64,000 nucleotides of DNA from Eledone cirrhosa (Eukaryota). The position numbers were made by a program, and so were the translations under genes. The stretch covers positions 130,572,001 through 130,636,000 of the forward strand of contig OZ024740.1 of NCBI GenBank assembly GCA_964016885.1, read 5' to 3'. Positions within the stretch are counted from its first letter, which is position 1, and each line of letters begins with the position of its first letter. Shown in pieces: positions 14,270 to 27,442 of the stretch. The notes under the pieces were generated by a model. That model was not told the DNA's origin. It was given only the letters and a program-made list of their open reading frames with translations, and did not search any database.

Positions 14270-14520
14270 GAAACTATATTTATAAAACCATATTTATTTC
14301 ATTATATATATTTCGGGGATATCATATTAACAATATGCTATGCCTTCCTCAGACAAAATACAATATAAACAGTTTTATAGATAAATAGATTCGACACACC
14401 GTTATAACACCGACTTCCATTTGAAGAGGTTTAAGCTGGCAGTGAAAAAATATTTGTCGAGTGCTTTTATATCAGTTATAAATATTTACTAGTTGTAACC
14501 CAACAATTTTAAATATAACT
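14270..14520 (-). mobile_element. Solo pLTR-like repeat with HHR (14295-14360); same family as 51832-52290
   Basis: tattttgt-CUGAGGA-...-GAAA-UAUAUA-UA|augaaaua; flanks align with the 52 kb copy. Confidence 0.6.
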
Positions 14521-14522
14521 TT

Positions 14523-14579
<57 letters not shown>

Positions 14580-16208
14580 TGAAAATAGAGAAATGAATGT
14601 AAGCCAAAAGCCGACAATAATTCAGAAATATAAGTGACTATAACATCAAGATGAAAAATGTTTAACGTATGATTTGGAATAAGTAATACAATCTTATAAT
14701 CAAGAAAACTTACTCAACCGTCAATTTTGAGAAAACTACAAATGCATTAAATAGTCTTAAAATACTATTTCACGAAACTTTTCAGTGGGGTAAGTCACGT
14801 TTGGCATCGATTTTCAGTAGTTTCTCAAGACGTTAACTGAATATCTAAACTAAAATAACGGAGGGGAATTAAAAGCAAACAAGCGAACAGCGTGTAGAGT
14901 TGAAATAACAAAACACATATATAGATATATATATTAATTGTCTATAGTTAGTATTCTTTTCACCTTAGCGAATCAGGTCTCTTACGATTTTAACACATAT
15001 ATGTATATATCTGTTCCTTTTTCTTTTATATTCTATTATACGGGTCAGAAATATCTCTTTCTTAGAGCTATTTTATTGTAAGAGACTATTTTGAGTTCCT
15101 AACTCAATATATACCTTTGATATATATATAAATATAAATTCGGGGAGATCGTATTTCGATTCACAGCCATTGTTATAATCTGTCTGGTCATTATAACGTA
15201 TGTTAATTGCTCTGTCTTCCTCCTAGTCCATTAAGCGCTTGCCGGCATATCTCGAAAATTGTGTTTCGTTTTGTTTTGGCCGCCGCCGAAATACGATCTC
15301 GCTAAAATTATCTATATATATATATATATATATATAATATATGTGCATGATGGTAGCTAATATGCTTCCATAGGCGGTATGTTGGTTGAGCACTCTATGC
15401 TCTTACAGAGCAGCGTGTGATAGAATAGAAAACGAAAAATCAGTGATGCATCTGAAACTCAATTTGTTGTGTGTTACAATTGTTTCCCCGGTGGACAGCT
15501 CGAGATGCGATCATTAAGTGGATCTGTCTGATTCTGGACTCGCTGGTTCGACGGACACGTCTAATCATCTCGGAGCATATCCTCTCACTAGGGTATCTGA
15601 CCCTCTGGGCCAATACCGTCAGAATTTCATCCTCTTCGCGCGTCCTGTGATTGGCCGCTGGTTGTCGACAACATCATAAATCTGCCACAGCTACCAGTCC
15701 ACTGACCATCAATGCGTTAGCTGTCCCACGTCTGCTACACCCCAATCAATTACTGCTGTGTTTGGTTGTTCACACATCCACGCGCACACACACACACATC
15801 AGCACAGAGATAATGACGGTCGTACGCATAGTCGATCGCTATACTCACACATTTAAGGAGAACATAAAAATATACGCATACATGCCATCCAGCGAGGCAC
15901 CTACACACACAGGCACATACCCGCATGCCTATATACATCAACTTACACACACATATACATGTGAATACACATGCACAGGCGTATATACCCGTACACACCA
16001 ACACGTACAGACATGTAAGACTTCTCTCCACCCACGCACACGTACCCATATATATATACGCACAGATACACACTCGCGCGCCAACACACATATATACACA
16101 CAAACAAGCCCTTTCCCTACACGGGTGATTGTACACACACACACACTGGCTCATATACACTCTTACACATATGCATATGTGCATATACAAGCACGCATAA
16201 AACAAATA

Positions 16209-16252
<44 letters not shown>

Positions 16253-16997
16253 AACAGAATATACACACAAAGTCATATAAAGATACACAATGAGCCATAC
16301 ATGAAAGGATGCATCCTGTTATAAATATACAGATATATAAAAAATACACACACATACACACACATATAAATATATATATATATATGAATGATGTAAAATA
16401 AGAAAATTATAAACTTAACTTACATTCATATAATTGTTCTGCATCCCCTTGCATTGAACCACAAAGTTACTAAGACGAACCTATATATTTGCTCGCATAG
16501 GTATGTATCTGTATATATATGTTGATAGATATACTAATTCTTCATAATTAACTCCAAATTACTTTGTTGAGCAAACATTTGCCAAAACAGCTACTATAGT
16601 TCATAATATGCGTTCATGGTATTACAGTAAATAGTATGCGCAGACAGTTAATAGAAAATGCATGCAGAATATATATAAATAAAAGAAGAAACGTGAGAGA
16701 ATACATACATCTGAGTTCCAAAAGTGAAGTATGAGATGCACACGTGTATCTGTATACGGAAAATAAATTAGGTGTAACAAAATGGAATGCTTGGAGAGTA
16801 TGCACTCTCTACTGAAAATAAACACATGCAGGGGGTGCGTGGACAGGCCATACTGGAGTATGTCACTGTGGGTGAGGTATAGTGTCTTATCGGTGTAAGG
16901 CACTGTACTGAATGTCAGTGGAATTTGGGTCAACCTATCCCGGCTCAGGCGATGTTGTAGCCTAGGGTGACGTGCCGGGTAGGGTAGGCATCCTGAG

Positions 16998-18985
16998 TTA
17001 GGTCAGCTTACAGCACGGGGAATATATAATCAAAAGAGTATGGTGTCTGATCCCTTGAACCGGTTTCACTGCTCTGGCCAGCGTGCATTCCGTCGCATGC
17101 TTGGGCTGCCCTGTGGATTCCATGCGGAGAGTGTGCAGCTTCTCTGGTGTCTGCACGTAATGATTATTTCCGATTTCAGGTATCTCCATGGCCTCGGATA
17201 GGCATAGCCTACACTTTCTATTTCCAGCCGAATATTCATTCGCATCCCGAACGATACTCCAGTTGAGGTAATACGGGGTGCCTTTGTCTTTCAAGTCCCA
17301 CACCAGGTCCGCCAGCTTAGTAGAGTGCCTCTTGCTCCGGGCCTGGAAAGATTGTGTGTGGTTATACATCCGCGATTTAAAGGTCGTGGATGTTCCGCCG
17401 ATATAGGTGCGCTTTATGTTGTGCGTGCTAACCACACAATTATAGACCAGCCCCTTCGTTAGGTATCTTCGCTGCAGAGGGCACTTTGTTCCCGCTCTGC
17501 AGTTGCACGTTCTGTCACTATATTATTCATTTCGGTCGCCTGGCCCTTGATCTACTACGGCCCTCTCTCGGTTCTCTGTGTATTGTTCTGCCGACAGGGT
17601 TGTCTCCCCTCCCCCACTCATTTCCGGCCGGCTTTTGATTGTATCGTCTTCCACTGGCGTGGCGGCCGTGACAGGGGCCGGGTTGTAGTTGGAAATCTGG
17701 TCTTCAAGGTGCACACCGTGCTCCGATGGACGGTCATTCGGCCGCCGTGGTTGACGTTCGAATGTACCCATATTCACCGCGTTGGTTTTGGCCATATTGT
17801 CTGCCATGTTAGGTGCGGTGGAGAAGGACAATTTCACCGGGTGGCGATTGAAAATCTTGTGGTATCTGCTCGACGGCGGGAAGCACTCGTCCAACGCTCT
17901 GAAGAAAAGCCCTGGTACATTACTGCATGCATGCATCGAATACGGCGCGTTAGACCATGTAATGGTCTTAGACCTGGTCTTGTTTCTTCGTGTGTGTGTA
18001 GTAGTGTGAATGTGTGTTCGGTCAGGTGTCCGTCTAGGGTTTTGCCCGCCTGTTATTTCGTCCCCTATGCTGCCGCTATTTATATGTGGACCGTGAGCGG
18101 CTGGGTTACGCCGTTCGCTTACTGAGGTATTCCGTTTTGTATTTTCGGCTCTACTGTTAGTCTGGTTAATGCTATGCGATGCTGTTGTCGGGGCTATAGC
18201 ATTGCTACTGGGCCGGGTGTTTCCTCTATCGGTTTCCACGGCTGTACTTGTCCTTAACCTGTCCCTAGTTCTAGTTTCTGCAACGCATGTGGTGCGCGTC
18301 CCAGGCTTCAGTCTACGTGTACTGGGTAGTCTGGCGCCCTTGTGTGTCTTCGTATGTCTTATTATCGGTCTTATGTCCTTGTGGTGATCTATGCTGATAC
18401 TCGTGTTCCTGGAAGCTAATTCCGGGTCGTACCGTCTACCTATGGATGTACTACTTCTAATGTCGTATCCGCATGCCTCAGCGGTAGGCACTTCCCTGTC
18501 TGTGGTGTACACTATGGTTTCTGTGTAACCGGCCCTGCCCAGTACCTGATTAGAATAGTGGGCGTGCTTGTTGAACACGTCTGCGTTGGCTGACAGGGTG
18601 GATACGCGCTTGTATACCCCTTTAACGATTGCTTCTATCACTGACTTGGGGTGGTTCGATTTCTTGTTCACATATTGCAGGTTCGTTCTAATTGGGCTTG
18701 TGGTATAGTCCGTGTATGCCCGTATTCATTTCCAGGGTAACGTCCAACAAATTCACCGTCTTTGTGCTAGGATCTATCATCACGGATAAGCCTTGTTGTT
18801 TAAAAATAAGCGATATGCGCTTCCTCATAGGTTCCAGCTGGCTGAGGTTTAGGGATCGGAAGATAAATAGTGAGTCGTCCCTGTATATAACTCCGCCGAT
18901 CCCTGGAATTTCCTCCGCTAATCTTTGGAGGAGATATATTCCCACCAGATCCGTCATCTGCGCAGAGGCGCTCGACCCTATAGTA

Positions 18986-18988
<3 letters not shown>
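16998..18988 (-). pseudogene. 5'-truncated Naiad-type PLE ORF (RT C-terminus, linker, GIY-YIG) with in-frame stops
   Basis: IYRDD, VNLLDVTL, YHKPN, SNHPKS, CNCRAGTKCPL, YIGGTSTTFKSR, CRLCLSE. Confidence 0.9.
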
Positions 18989-19020
<32 letters not shown>

Positions 19021-19025
<5 letters not shown>

Positions 19026-21390
19026 TGCTAGGGAAAGGATCAGGCGTGTATAACACTCCACTTATCCAGCAGGCAGTATGAGGTTAGCTCAATGTCTGAG
19101 GACAGAGCCGTAATATAATAAATAACAAAGAACGCTTATAGCATATGCATATCTTTACTTGCTAACATTGTTTCATCCGCACTATAAGTGGGACTCATCA
19201 GAGCATAAAGGTTAATTACATACCATACAAGCAATAACAAATCCAAGACATTGAAGAATGAAAGGTAATAATAGACGATAAAGGATAAGAATAAAAATAA
19301 AAATAAAAGTAAAAATAAAAATAAAAATAAAAATAAGGGGTGCTATCAGTCACAGTTGGGCGGGGTGCTGTCAACATATAGTTACATACAAGCATACACA
19401 TGGATAAGAGAACAGACAAGAGTAGACACATGGATAAGAGAACAGACAAGAGTAGATAAGATAATGGGATTAGGTAAGAGTAGGTAAAAAATAGGTAAAA
19501 AATAGGTGAAAAACAGACTTATAATATATATAAATAAGAAAGTATAAAGAAATACAAAGAAATACATAACAAACTTACATATAAAATATAGTACACTCGA
19601 ATCGGTCAATGGCACGTGCAGACATGAATATCTCCGTAGGATTTCAACTTTATTTTACTACATCTCATCGTATGTATTTGTTATAAATAAAGGAAAACTG
19701 AAAGGGATAGGAACATAAGTCAGCGTTAATATCATGCCACAAGAAAAAAGAAAGAAAGAAAGAAAGAAGAGAGAAGAAGAGGGAAGGAAAAAGAAAGAAA
19801 GAAAGAAAGAAGAGAGAAGAAGGGGAAGGAAGAAAAGGAAGAAAAAGAGAAGTCAGGGTTAATGTCAGCTATAAGAGGAAAGACAGAAAAAAAAGAGGAG
19901 GAAAGTTCGGTATTACAGTCAGGCCAGAAATGTCGCGAAAACAATTTATTCTAAGGGACCCGTATCTTAACAACTACTACCGGTCAAATATAGGCAAACC
20001 AAAAGGGGGCGGAAGAAATAGTCAGCGTTAATATCATGCCACAAGGAGAAAGACAAAACGAAGGGGGAAGAGAAGGAAGAGAAGGAAGAAGAAGAAAAGT
20101 CGGGGTTGATGGCTACAAGAAGAAAGATAGAAAGAAAGAGGAAGAAAGGTCGATATTAATGTCAGACTACAGTCAGGACAGGAATGGCGCGAAAAAATAT
20201 TTTGAAAGGGACCCGTATCTTATCAGAAGTAAATATAGTGGGGGTATGTATGTTATAATGTGTGAGCAGAAGATTGGAACGTTACTTTTTTGTTTAGATT
20301 TATAGGATGAAGTTAAAAAATTAATATTTAATATTAACATTATAAAATTAAAGAAATTAGAAAATTGAAAGTTAAACAGTTCAACGTTTTTAAGGTTGCG
20401 AGGTTTAAGCAAAGAATGAGTATTTTATGAAGAAACTTAAATTTTAATATAGAGTAAAGATTATGTCTTTGTTTAGCCGTCAAACAGCATGCGGTGACCA
20501 CAAGCTTGCGCAGCCCATCACCCCGAGTGATATCGCCTAGCGAAAGATATGGAAATCGATTTTTCCGAGCACTCTAGGAATGTATAACAGACTTCAGGTG
20601 CGCCAGCAGGAAGTCAGCCCGCATCGTTAGGCCATCCTTGTACAAAACCAGTACTATTCCTTTAGCCAGGAGGGGGATTTGCTTAAGTAGAGGGAGGCGT
20701 GATACATCTAATAGTTCTGATTTGATCTGTAATTTAAAGGTACTATATGGTAGTAAAAAAACCGGCTTCGCGCCGGGCCCCCGGGGCGTATCACGCCACT
20801 CCGAGTAGTTTCATTTACCGAAAGAAGGGGAAATTCATTTTTCCAAGCACTCAAGGTAGGCCTATGCGCCAGGGGGCCTGTCCCGCCGCCAGGAAAACCA
20901 ACCCAAAAGTCCGACAGAAAGTTGGAACGTTAAAATATTGTTTAGATTTATAGGATGAAGTTGAAAGAATTCAGAATAACATTATAAAATTAAAGAGTAA
21001 AAAGATTGAGAATTGAACAAATAGAAAATTGAAAATTAAACATTTAAAAACACTTTTTAAGGTTTTGGGTTGCCAGGTTTACTAAAAGGGTGTCTTTTAT
21101 GAAGAAACGTTAATTGTATTATATAGATCCTCTATAAGTTATCCTAGTGGGATGTAGAGTAAGGGATATAATCGGGTAATATTTATTTTTGTTCTCAGGG
21201 AGAGACATTCTAGAGTCGTGTGCTAATGGGTACAAGTGAGTAAAAGTCCCAATAAGAGGAGTAGAAATACATGGACACATAGAAGTAGAATACGTGGCAA
21301 AGCACATTAATAAAGCAAATGTATAAATATATAAATAGAACAACAAGTGTGGTGATGGAGTAAGATGGAGAAATCAAGACATAGGAGAAA
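19021..21390 (-). mobile_element. pLTR-like non-coding element with internal duplications (19715-19975/20020-20225; 20270-20460/20920-21120) and a 30-bp tandem repeat at ~19397-19457
   Basis: T-rich on -, bounded by (TA)n, contains an HHR, duplicated segments visible. Confidence 0.55.
19153..19210 (-). ncRNA. Type I hammerhead ribozyme with canonical core
   Basis: cuuuaugcu-CUGAUGA-GUCCCAC uuaua GUGCGGAU-GAAA-CAAUG-UU|agcaaguaaag. Confidence 0.8.
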
Positions 21391-21393
21391 TGC

Positions 21394-21433
<40 letters not shown>

Positions 21434-21436
21434 CAC

Positions 21437-21635
21437 TCGATCGACTTTCGTGAAATCGGGCCGAGGAAACGAAGTTTCCGTTGGTCTTTCCAATTGCTAA
21501 TACTATCTATCGGTCACAACTCCAGGTATAAGGAGCAACGTGAAATAAAGTGTCTTAATCAAGGACATAACGCGTCGCCCTATCCAGGAATCGAACTGGC
21601 AACCTCACGACTGCGATTCCAGTTCTCTAACCAAA
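21437..21635 (-). mobile_element. CORE-type SINE copy
   Basis: Homologous to 1318-1532. Confidence 0.7.
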
Positions 21636-24411
21636 CAGTCAGACAGACAAACGCTGATAAATATGTGTACGATTGTGTCAATGAATGCCCTCTATCTAAA
21701 CATGAATATTTGTACGCATGCATCATTATATGTGCCTCATTTTAGACAGTCAAGTTTTAAATGACGTACGTCATATCCAAGCCGTTACTTTTAATCCTAT
21801 GTCATTGTAAGATATTTTCCAAATCACATATCGATTATTTGTCCTGGCGCCCCTCCTGGCGTTTACTCTAATTATAATATTCGTTAGCCACGGAAATTAT
21901 TACAACTTGTATTATTCATTAATTGAGCATTCTCCTTTATGTTTCATGGATAAATGTTTCCCGTATGTCACTTGCTGGGACATTTCCACTATTTACGTAC
22001 TTTCTACACCAAGTGTGTCTTCTTTTTTCCTACCATTTGGCAACCTTTTTATATAATTTGTTTTGCATGTTTGCATTGAAATCGTCAAAGATATAATCAT
22101 GTTGATGCTGTAATTCACACTCTCTTTGAAAGTACTTAACATGTATATTTGTTTTCTGCCAGATCTGTTCCTTATTTGTTTCTACATTTACATTTCTTCG
22201 CTTTAACGCCCAGACAGAAACTAGTTATATATATTTGTCTCTTCTGGTTTGTTTGTTTTTAATCTCTCCCTATAGACTTGGCATTCAATTGTTTATATTG
22301 AAATTACATACCTTGTGCTCTTTATATTTGCTCTTTCTATTTTCTTTCTTCTTTTTGTATTTTCTTATAGGTGTAGTGAGAAATTTCAATAAAACGCTAT
22401 GGTTTATCAGATTCAGTCGTACTGGATAATATGATAATATACATATGTGTATTATGATATTATTTTATTACACTCTAATAATAAACTTCAATACATCAAT
22501 TTTATGTTCGATATAAATTCATTATTCCATTCTTTCGCATTTATAAACAGTTTGAGGACAAGCATACTTATGAAACAAAAGGAAGAGGACGATCGTCATT
22601 TCATTATACATTTCACAACAAACACAAATATTGTTAGATATACGTCATATATTCTTCTTCTTCTTCTTCTTCTTCTTCTTCTTCTCGGTATGAGAGTCAC
22701 TGTAGCAGAATATTGCAGTACTCCATCCATCGGATCATTTCAGAAGCAGACTATTCAAAATTATCAGGATGGATCTCCATACCGTATCAGCGGAGCTCAC
22801 AGACATTATCCAACCATCTTGCTCAGGTCTAGACGAGTATTTTGCTGTTTGGTCTTGCCCGAAAAATCTGTCTTAGACATTCCAAGTGCCACAAAATTAG
22901 GAAATTTGTGACCGCTGCAAATTAAACCACCTAAGTATTTCTATATGATCGGAAACAGTAAGAGTTAGTTCCCTCATATGTTTGAGAAACCTGGTCAAAT
23001 ATACTTTTCAGTCTCCTTCTAACTCTGCAAGAAATTGGGACGGTCTCTTGACCTCTCCTGCTGGTGTGTGGGATGAAACACTGAATGTTAGATAACCTGG
23101 GGTTCTAGATAGTGTCCGGAGGGGAGCAGAGTTTGACAATTGGTAACAGGAACGTTACAACCCTTACAGGCATATAACTGGATCTAGTGGAGGTAGGCAA
23201 ATGCTACCGGTTACATATCTCCGGCTGTTTCTCAACATTAGGATGATGATGTAAATTCTACTATTCAATTGTTGCGCTAGAATTAACTGAACAGGCGGGA
23301 ATGGGTATATCAGGATGTCATATGTACTGGAAACGACTGAGAGGGAGTATTTGCCTCTTAACATTTAGGCAGGTTACTGCAGCTTTAGATGTACTTAATA
23401 GTGAAACATGTCCTAATGAATTACATCAATATGCACACGTTCGCAAAGTCAACCTTACGTGTTAAGAGAGGGGTTGAGCTTTCAAAACATCACAATCTAA
23501 CTATAATTATCAGCAACCTGGGACTACACAACGCTAATAAACCAAGAACACATGCAGGTCTAGTCTAAATATACGATAAAATATAACATCTAGATATATG
23601 TGGAATCAGGAACTGGTGGGTGGAATGTAATCTAAATTCAGAAAAATCCTTGAAAATAAAAAACGGACGGCGTTGAAAGGGATGGGGGACTGTTCAGCTA
23701 AACTGTTTTACATTACATTTTAAATGAGACAGTTGGCTGGATAAAACCATATTTCAAACAATAAGTCCAAAGTGTGTATTCCGGATACAAACTGACGCAA
23801 ATGGTCAAAGCAGAGACAATAAATGCGTCCAACGTTAAGATATGGTAGGACTTTGGGGTGAAGTCGGAATCCGATTACATATCAACAAATAAAGTGTTCT
23901 GTCAGACAGTCTACCAACTTCGAAATAAAAAATACTCCTCCAGAAATGCTACCACGAACGCGCCTGTGGTACTCCTCATTTCAGAGAAATGCATTTTTGA
24001 GAGGTTGGGAGAATATATTTTGCTGAATTAGTCACAACATAATATACGAATGCACACGAGGTGAAGCTGAGAGTTATGACTAACTTCAAAGAGGCTCCGG
24101 TGGAAAAAAGCATTTAAAAGATCGAATTTGGCAAATATTTGGGAGGATAAAATTCAACACGAGATATTAATATCCTTAAACAAAGAGGATATTTTCTGGA
24201 TTATTCGCTTATGACGGGTAGCATTGATCTATTGAAATGCACCAAAGCCTCACCGTTAATGTAAGTGCCTGCAAAGAGATGTATGGGTATTTTCACACCC
24301 AATCTAGCCGAGAAACATACGCGCGCGCGCACACAGACACATACACACACACACACGTGCACGCACGCACATGCACATACACATAGACATACTTACACAT
24401 ATACACACACA

Positions 24412-24470
<59 letters not shown>

Positions 24471-25379
24471 GAGAGAGAGTTGTGAACAATCGGGAGTTTA
24501 CATCTGTAGTAAGTAGAGCTCAGCCAGGAGAAGGAGTTAGCTTTAGAGATATTGCCAAAGACAACAAATGAGCAAACTATACTAGAGGAGGAGCATTCCG
24601 CCCAACGAAATTTCAACAAGATTGGGGTTGTGCTGAGAATGGAAGAGTATATGATCTGCCTGAATTATGCGCAAAAGGTTTAGACATGTGAGTTAAGTCA
24701 AGTTAAACTGGTGAAGAGAGACGATTTACGTTTTAATTAGTTCATTATGGGTAAGATTTATCCTGGGAGGTTATTGTTGAGTAACATGTATTTCGCAGCA
24801 TGGGGGCAGCGATTATAAACCAGGACCTTGTGTTGGGAGAAGTACTTTAACGTAATTACTGCAACATATTCATTCGTTCATCGATACACATCCCGCAGGG
24901 CAAATTCCCATTTACGTGTGGCCAATATTGGGGAAGAACGCTGCATTTATTGGAGTAATCGATGTCTTCATTATTGAGTGACCATATGTGGCTTGCTTGC
25001 TTCATGGATGATTGCTTATCGGTGTGTCTAAAGATCGCTTGATGGTTAAGGAAACGTTCTTTTGTGATTTTGTTAATTATACATATTTGATACGTTGTCA
25101 GTTACACACACGGACTTCCACACGGATGTACACAGCGACAACATTCTGACCCTATCGTGCCATAAAATTGGTCACGAAATTGATCGCTTTAGAAAAGACT
25201 AATAACTAAGTTTAACATATTAAGAATTAAGATCACTGTAGCTACAAACCTGACTCGCCTAGAATATCTATAAACTAATTATGCTCTTCGCAAACACACA
25301 TTCAGATCTTTCTACAAACTTAATGAATATTTAACCTATATACACAAAGTGTCATGTCACCCACCTACGGTCTTCAGAA

Positions 25380-26150
25380 AATTCGTTATAATAAGAGTAC
25401 TAGGATTTCTGATTTTTTTTCTAGCAAGGCCATCTTTGACAGTGTGACTCCTTACTACAACATTCCATTAGCGGACAGTGGCTTGTCTGATAAGATTTCT
25501 TACCCCCCCCCCTCCTAATCCGACTACAAGTAGAAATAAAATAAATAATTTGATTCTGCACACCCATCTCTCTCAATGTTAGAATAAATGTATACAATTA
25601 TTGACACCAAGACAAACACTTCCTCACAGGACAAAACATACAGAGCTCTTTTCAATAGACACGGAGTGAAACTGGGTTATCCTTGTTCTAAAATTATACA
25701 ATCGCACATCACCGCCAACCTAAAGAGCTCACAAACACCCAGATGCTCTTGCAGAAGCCCAGAAAAATGCCGGCTTCAACAAAAGTGTAACATACCCGCA
25801 ATAATCTTTGACATCTACTGGACAAAACCAACGACGGAAGATCAAAACATATGAAGATATGACGGATAACCGGTTTAAAGTATGCTTTGTTAACCATCAG
25901 ACGCCCTTTAGACAGTCAGATTAGCGATCATACCCGATGGTAGTAAGCCCCCATATGTTCACACAGCGATGCAGACGTAGGTTACTCTATTTATTGGATT
26001 GTCCTGGCCACATCTAGCCCATACGAAAATGGGAATTTGTCCTGTGTCTCATTGAATAAATGAGTATCTTTCAGAGATGACATAATCATAATTGTCTCAA
26101 AACAAGAACCAATTTTTTAAATTGCAACATCCACCCTGCCGAATGCATGT
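25380..26150 (+). pseudogene. Decayed Naiad-type PLE linker/GIY-YIG fragment
   Basis: ALFNRHGVKLGYPC, CSCRSPEKCRLQQKC. Confidence 0.65.
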
Positions 26151-26452
26151 TGCATAATTACAAATACATAGGATAAATCTTTTATGGAATGAACTAACTA
26201 AAACCTAAATTGTCTCTATTTCACTAGTCTAATTTGAGTTGTCTACATTCCATTGTGCAAAACTCAGTCAGCTCATATGCACTTTCATTCTCAGCTCAAC
26301 ATCACTCGGGTTGGAAATCTGTTGGTTAAAATGCACGTCCTCATGTATGGTTTGCTACTTTGATGTAAATATATATATATATATATACGTACTCACATAC
26401 ACACACAACTCTACACACACACACGCACGCACACACATACACACACACATAC

Positions 26453-26536
<84 letters not shown>

Positions 26537-27348
26537 ATATGAATATATATATATATTTATATGCATATATATATTTATATGCATATATATATATATATTT
26601 ATGTTATTGAATAACATTAATTATACATAGTAAAATTTATAGGAAAGTGTAAAATACGTAACGCATACACAATTTATACACATTTACATTAGTTTAAACA
26701 TTCAAGAAAACAGAATATTATTTACCGAATAGATTCATATACTTCATATAATAATACAGACTTAAATGGGTAGAGATCAATGCAAAATGTCGAATAAAAC
26801 GTAATACATCACGTTAATTTTACATCGAATAAATTATAGACCACGGAATCGTTTGTTGTAGAAATCTACTCTCATATTCTCTATAATTAAAATTATTATA
26901 GTCTACACTATAATTATGAAATATTACAGGAGGGAAAGATATGTGGAGAGTGAGTAGAAAAGTAAAGTTTAGAAAAAATTGAACAAAAATGAGATCATGA
27001 TGGAATATTGTAAATGCTTCCTTGAGTATGTATCTCTCCGAGAATATGTATATTATATAGTGTATATGAAGTTGAATAAACATATACGTATGTTTGTATC
27101 AACTTACGCTGGAATATTTCTATTTATTTAGTAGAATTATTATCACATTTCTAATTATAAACATGTAAATGTTTGAATATATTGATAGATAATGTTGCAG
27201 TAAATATGTTTTCAAAGATATAGTAGTAAAGTATTAAATATTTGAACGATTGCATACTACGCTTTTCTTCTGAGAATCGTTGTTTCGCACAGAAACACGA
27301 TCAGAGACGATCGTCAATGGTTTGTGTGGATTATTTATGTAGAATATT

Positions 27349-27442
27349 TCTTCTTCTTCTTCTTCTTCTTCTTCTTCTTCTTCTTCTTCTTCTTCTTCTT
27401 CTTTTTCTTTTTCTTTTTCTTCTTCTTCTTCTTCTTCTTCTT
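27349..27442. repeat. (TTC)n microsatellite
   Basis: Seen directly. Confidence 0.95.

Noticed and set aside
15144-15300. 14-bp inverted repeat GAGATCGTATTTCG/CGAAATACGATCTC between TA tracts
   Set aside because: Probably another pLTR fold-back or MITE remnant, but no HHR core or second copy supports a call
19040-19120. TATAACAC(T/C)CCACTT shared with 49174-49190; possible twister ribozyme
   Set aside because: Could not build twister pseudoknots; the match is short and in opposite orientation relative to the elements
22660-24260. Possible old LINE remnant following a (TTC)n tract
   Set aside because: Too decayed to recover diagnostic motifs by eye
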